Source: Thermoproteota archaeon (GTDB lineage: Archaea > Korarchaeota > Korarchaeia > Korarchaeales > Korarchaeaceae). Taken from it: a stretch of 16,689 bases of DNA. The stretch covers positions 1 to 16,689 of the forward strand of contig JALSOH010000002.1 in NCBI GenBank assembly GCA_026986575.1, read 5' to 3'. Positions 16,335-16,689 of this stretch are shown here, one piece after another (position 1 is the stretch's first letter; every line of letters starts with the position of its first letter). The notes beneath the pieces are model-generated. The model saw nothing but the letters and a program-made list of their open reading frames with translations, was not told the DNA's origin and did no database searches. The position numbers and the translations under genes are program-made.

Positions 16335-16689
16335 GTGAGTTTGACAGCCGAGGAAGTAGTTAACCTATTTGAGAAGGACGTCTCAGCTAGGAAGAGGCTA
16401 GCTGAATTGCTTATATCTGAGCCTGATATCAGATTGGCCATAATAAATGCCGTGTTGAGGGACGTAGCCACCAAGCAGGATATAGATGAGCTCAGAAAGG
16501 CAACCAAGCAGGACATGGACGAGCTGAGGAGGGAGATGAAGGAGGAGCTGGCCTCCCTGAAGGTAGCCACCAAGCAGGATATAGATGAGCTCAGAAAGGC
16601 AACCAAGCAGGACATGGACGAGCTGAGGAGGGAGATGAAGGAGGAGCTGGCCTCCCTGAAGGTAGCCACCAAGCAGGATATAGATGAGC
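16335..16689 (+). CDS. Coiled-coil protein with ATKxD beta-layer repeats (paREP15/DUF1640-like), runs off the window edge
   Basis: From GTG 16335: MSLTAEEVVNLFEKDVSARKRLAELLISEPDIRLAIINAVLRD(VATKQDIDELRKATKQDMDELRREMKEELASLK)n. TTATAT at 16307-16312. Not in the ORF track because there is no stop in the window. Confidence 0.85.
   Translation, partial: MSLTAEEVVNLFEKDVSARKRLAELLISEPDIRLAIINAVLRDVATKQDIDELRKATKQDMDELRREMKEELASLKVATKQDIDELRKATKQDMDELRREMKEELASLKVATKQDIDE
16464..16689 (+). repeat. Perfect 99-bp coding tandem repeat, at least 2.3 copies
   Basis: Identical units start at 16464, 16563 and 16662 (gtagccaccaagcaggatatagatgagc...), with internal 33-bp sub-periodicity. Confidence 0.95.

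Noticed and set aside
16307-16672. 121-aa minus-strand repetitive ORF, and the 99-bp repeat as a CRISPR array
   Set aside because: It is the antisense shadow of the + strand coiled-coil gene. The repeats are contiguous, in frame and have no spacers.

Overview
GC-rich, apparently archaeal DNA. AGG/ATA-rich codons, TATA-like boxes about 23-37 nt before starts, GGTG/GAGGTG ribosome sites and archaeal-type TA families suggest a thermophilic TACK-like organism (inference only). It is an accessory, partly decaying region. Intact genes: a large membrane-anchored CBM + glycoside-hydrolase-like surface protein, a NifX-family protein with a Gly/Arg/Trp tail, a PQQ-like propeller protein, a YbaK/EbsC deacylase, an MFS transporter, an atypical nucleotidyltransferase-fold protein, a four-Ig-domain CFI-box-CTERM surface protein, a GT2 glycosyltransferase, an orphan, one complete vapBC pair and a vapB whose toxin is dead. 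Manual translation adds elements missing or fragmentary in the ORF track: a secreted protein split by a frameshift (5133-6433), a triple-lesion vapC pseudogene, decayed AbrB-PIN and HEPN-MNT pairs stacked next to the intact vapBC, a degenerate MNT-fold gene at the left edge, and an ATKQD coiled-coil gene with perfect 99-bp tandem repeats at the right edge. I found no rRNA, tRNA, CRISPR array or transposase, and I cannot demonstrate a single new multi-gene system. The best leads are the divergent nucleotidyltransferase-fold proteins, the unclassified surface hydrolase, the TA stack with visible operators and the repeat-expanding coiled coil.
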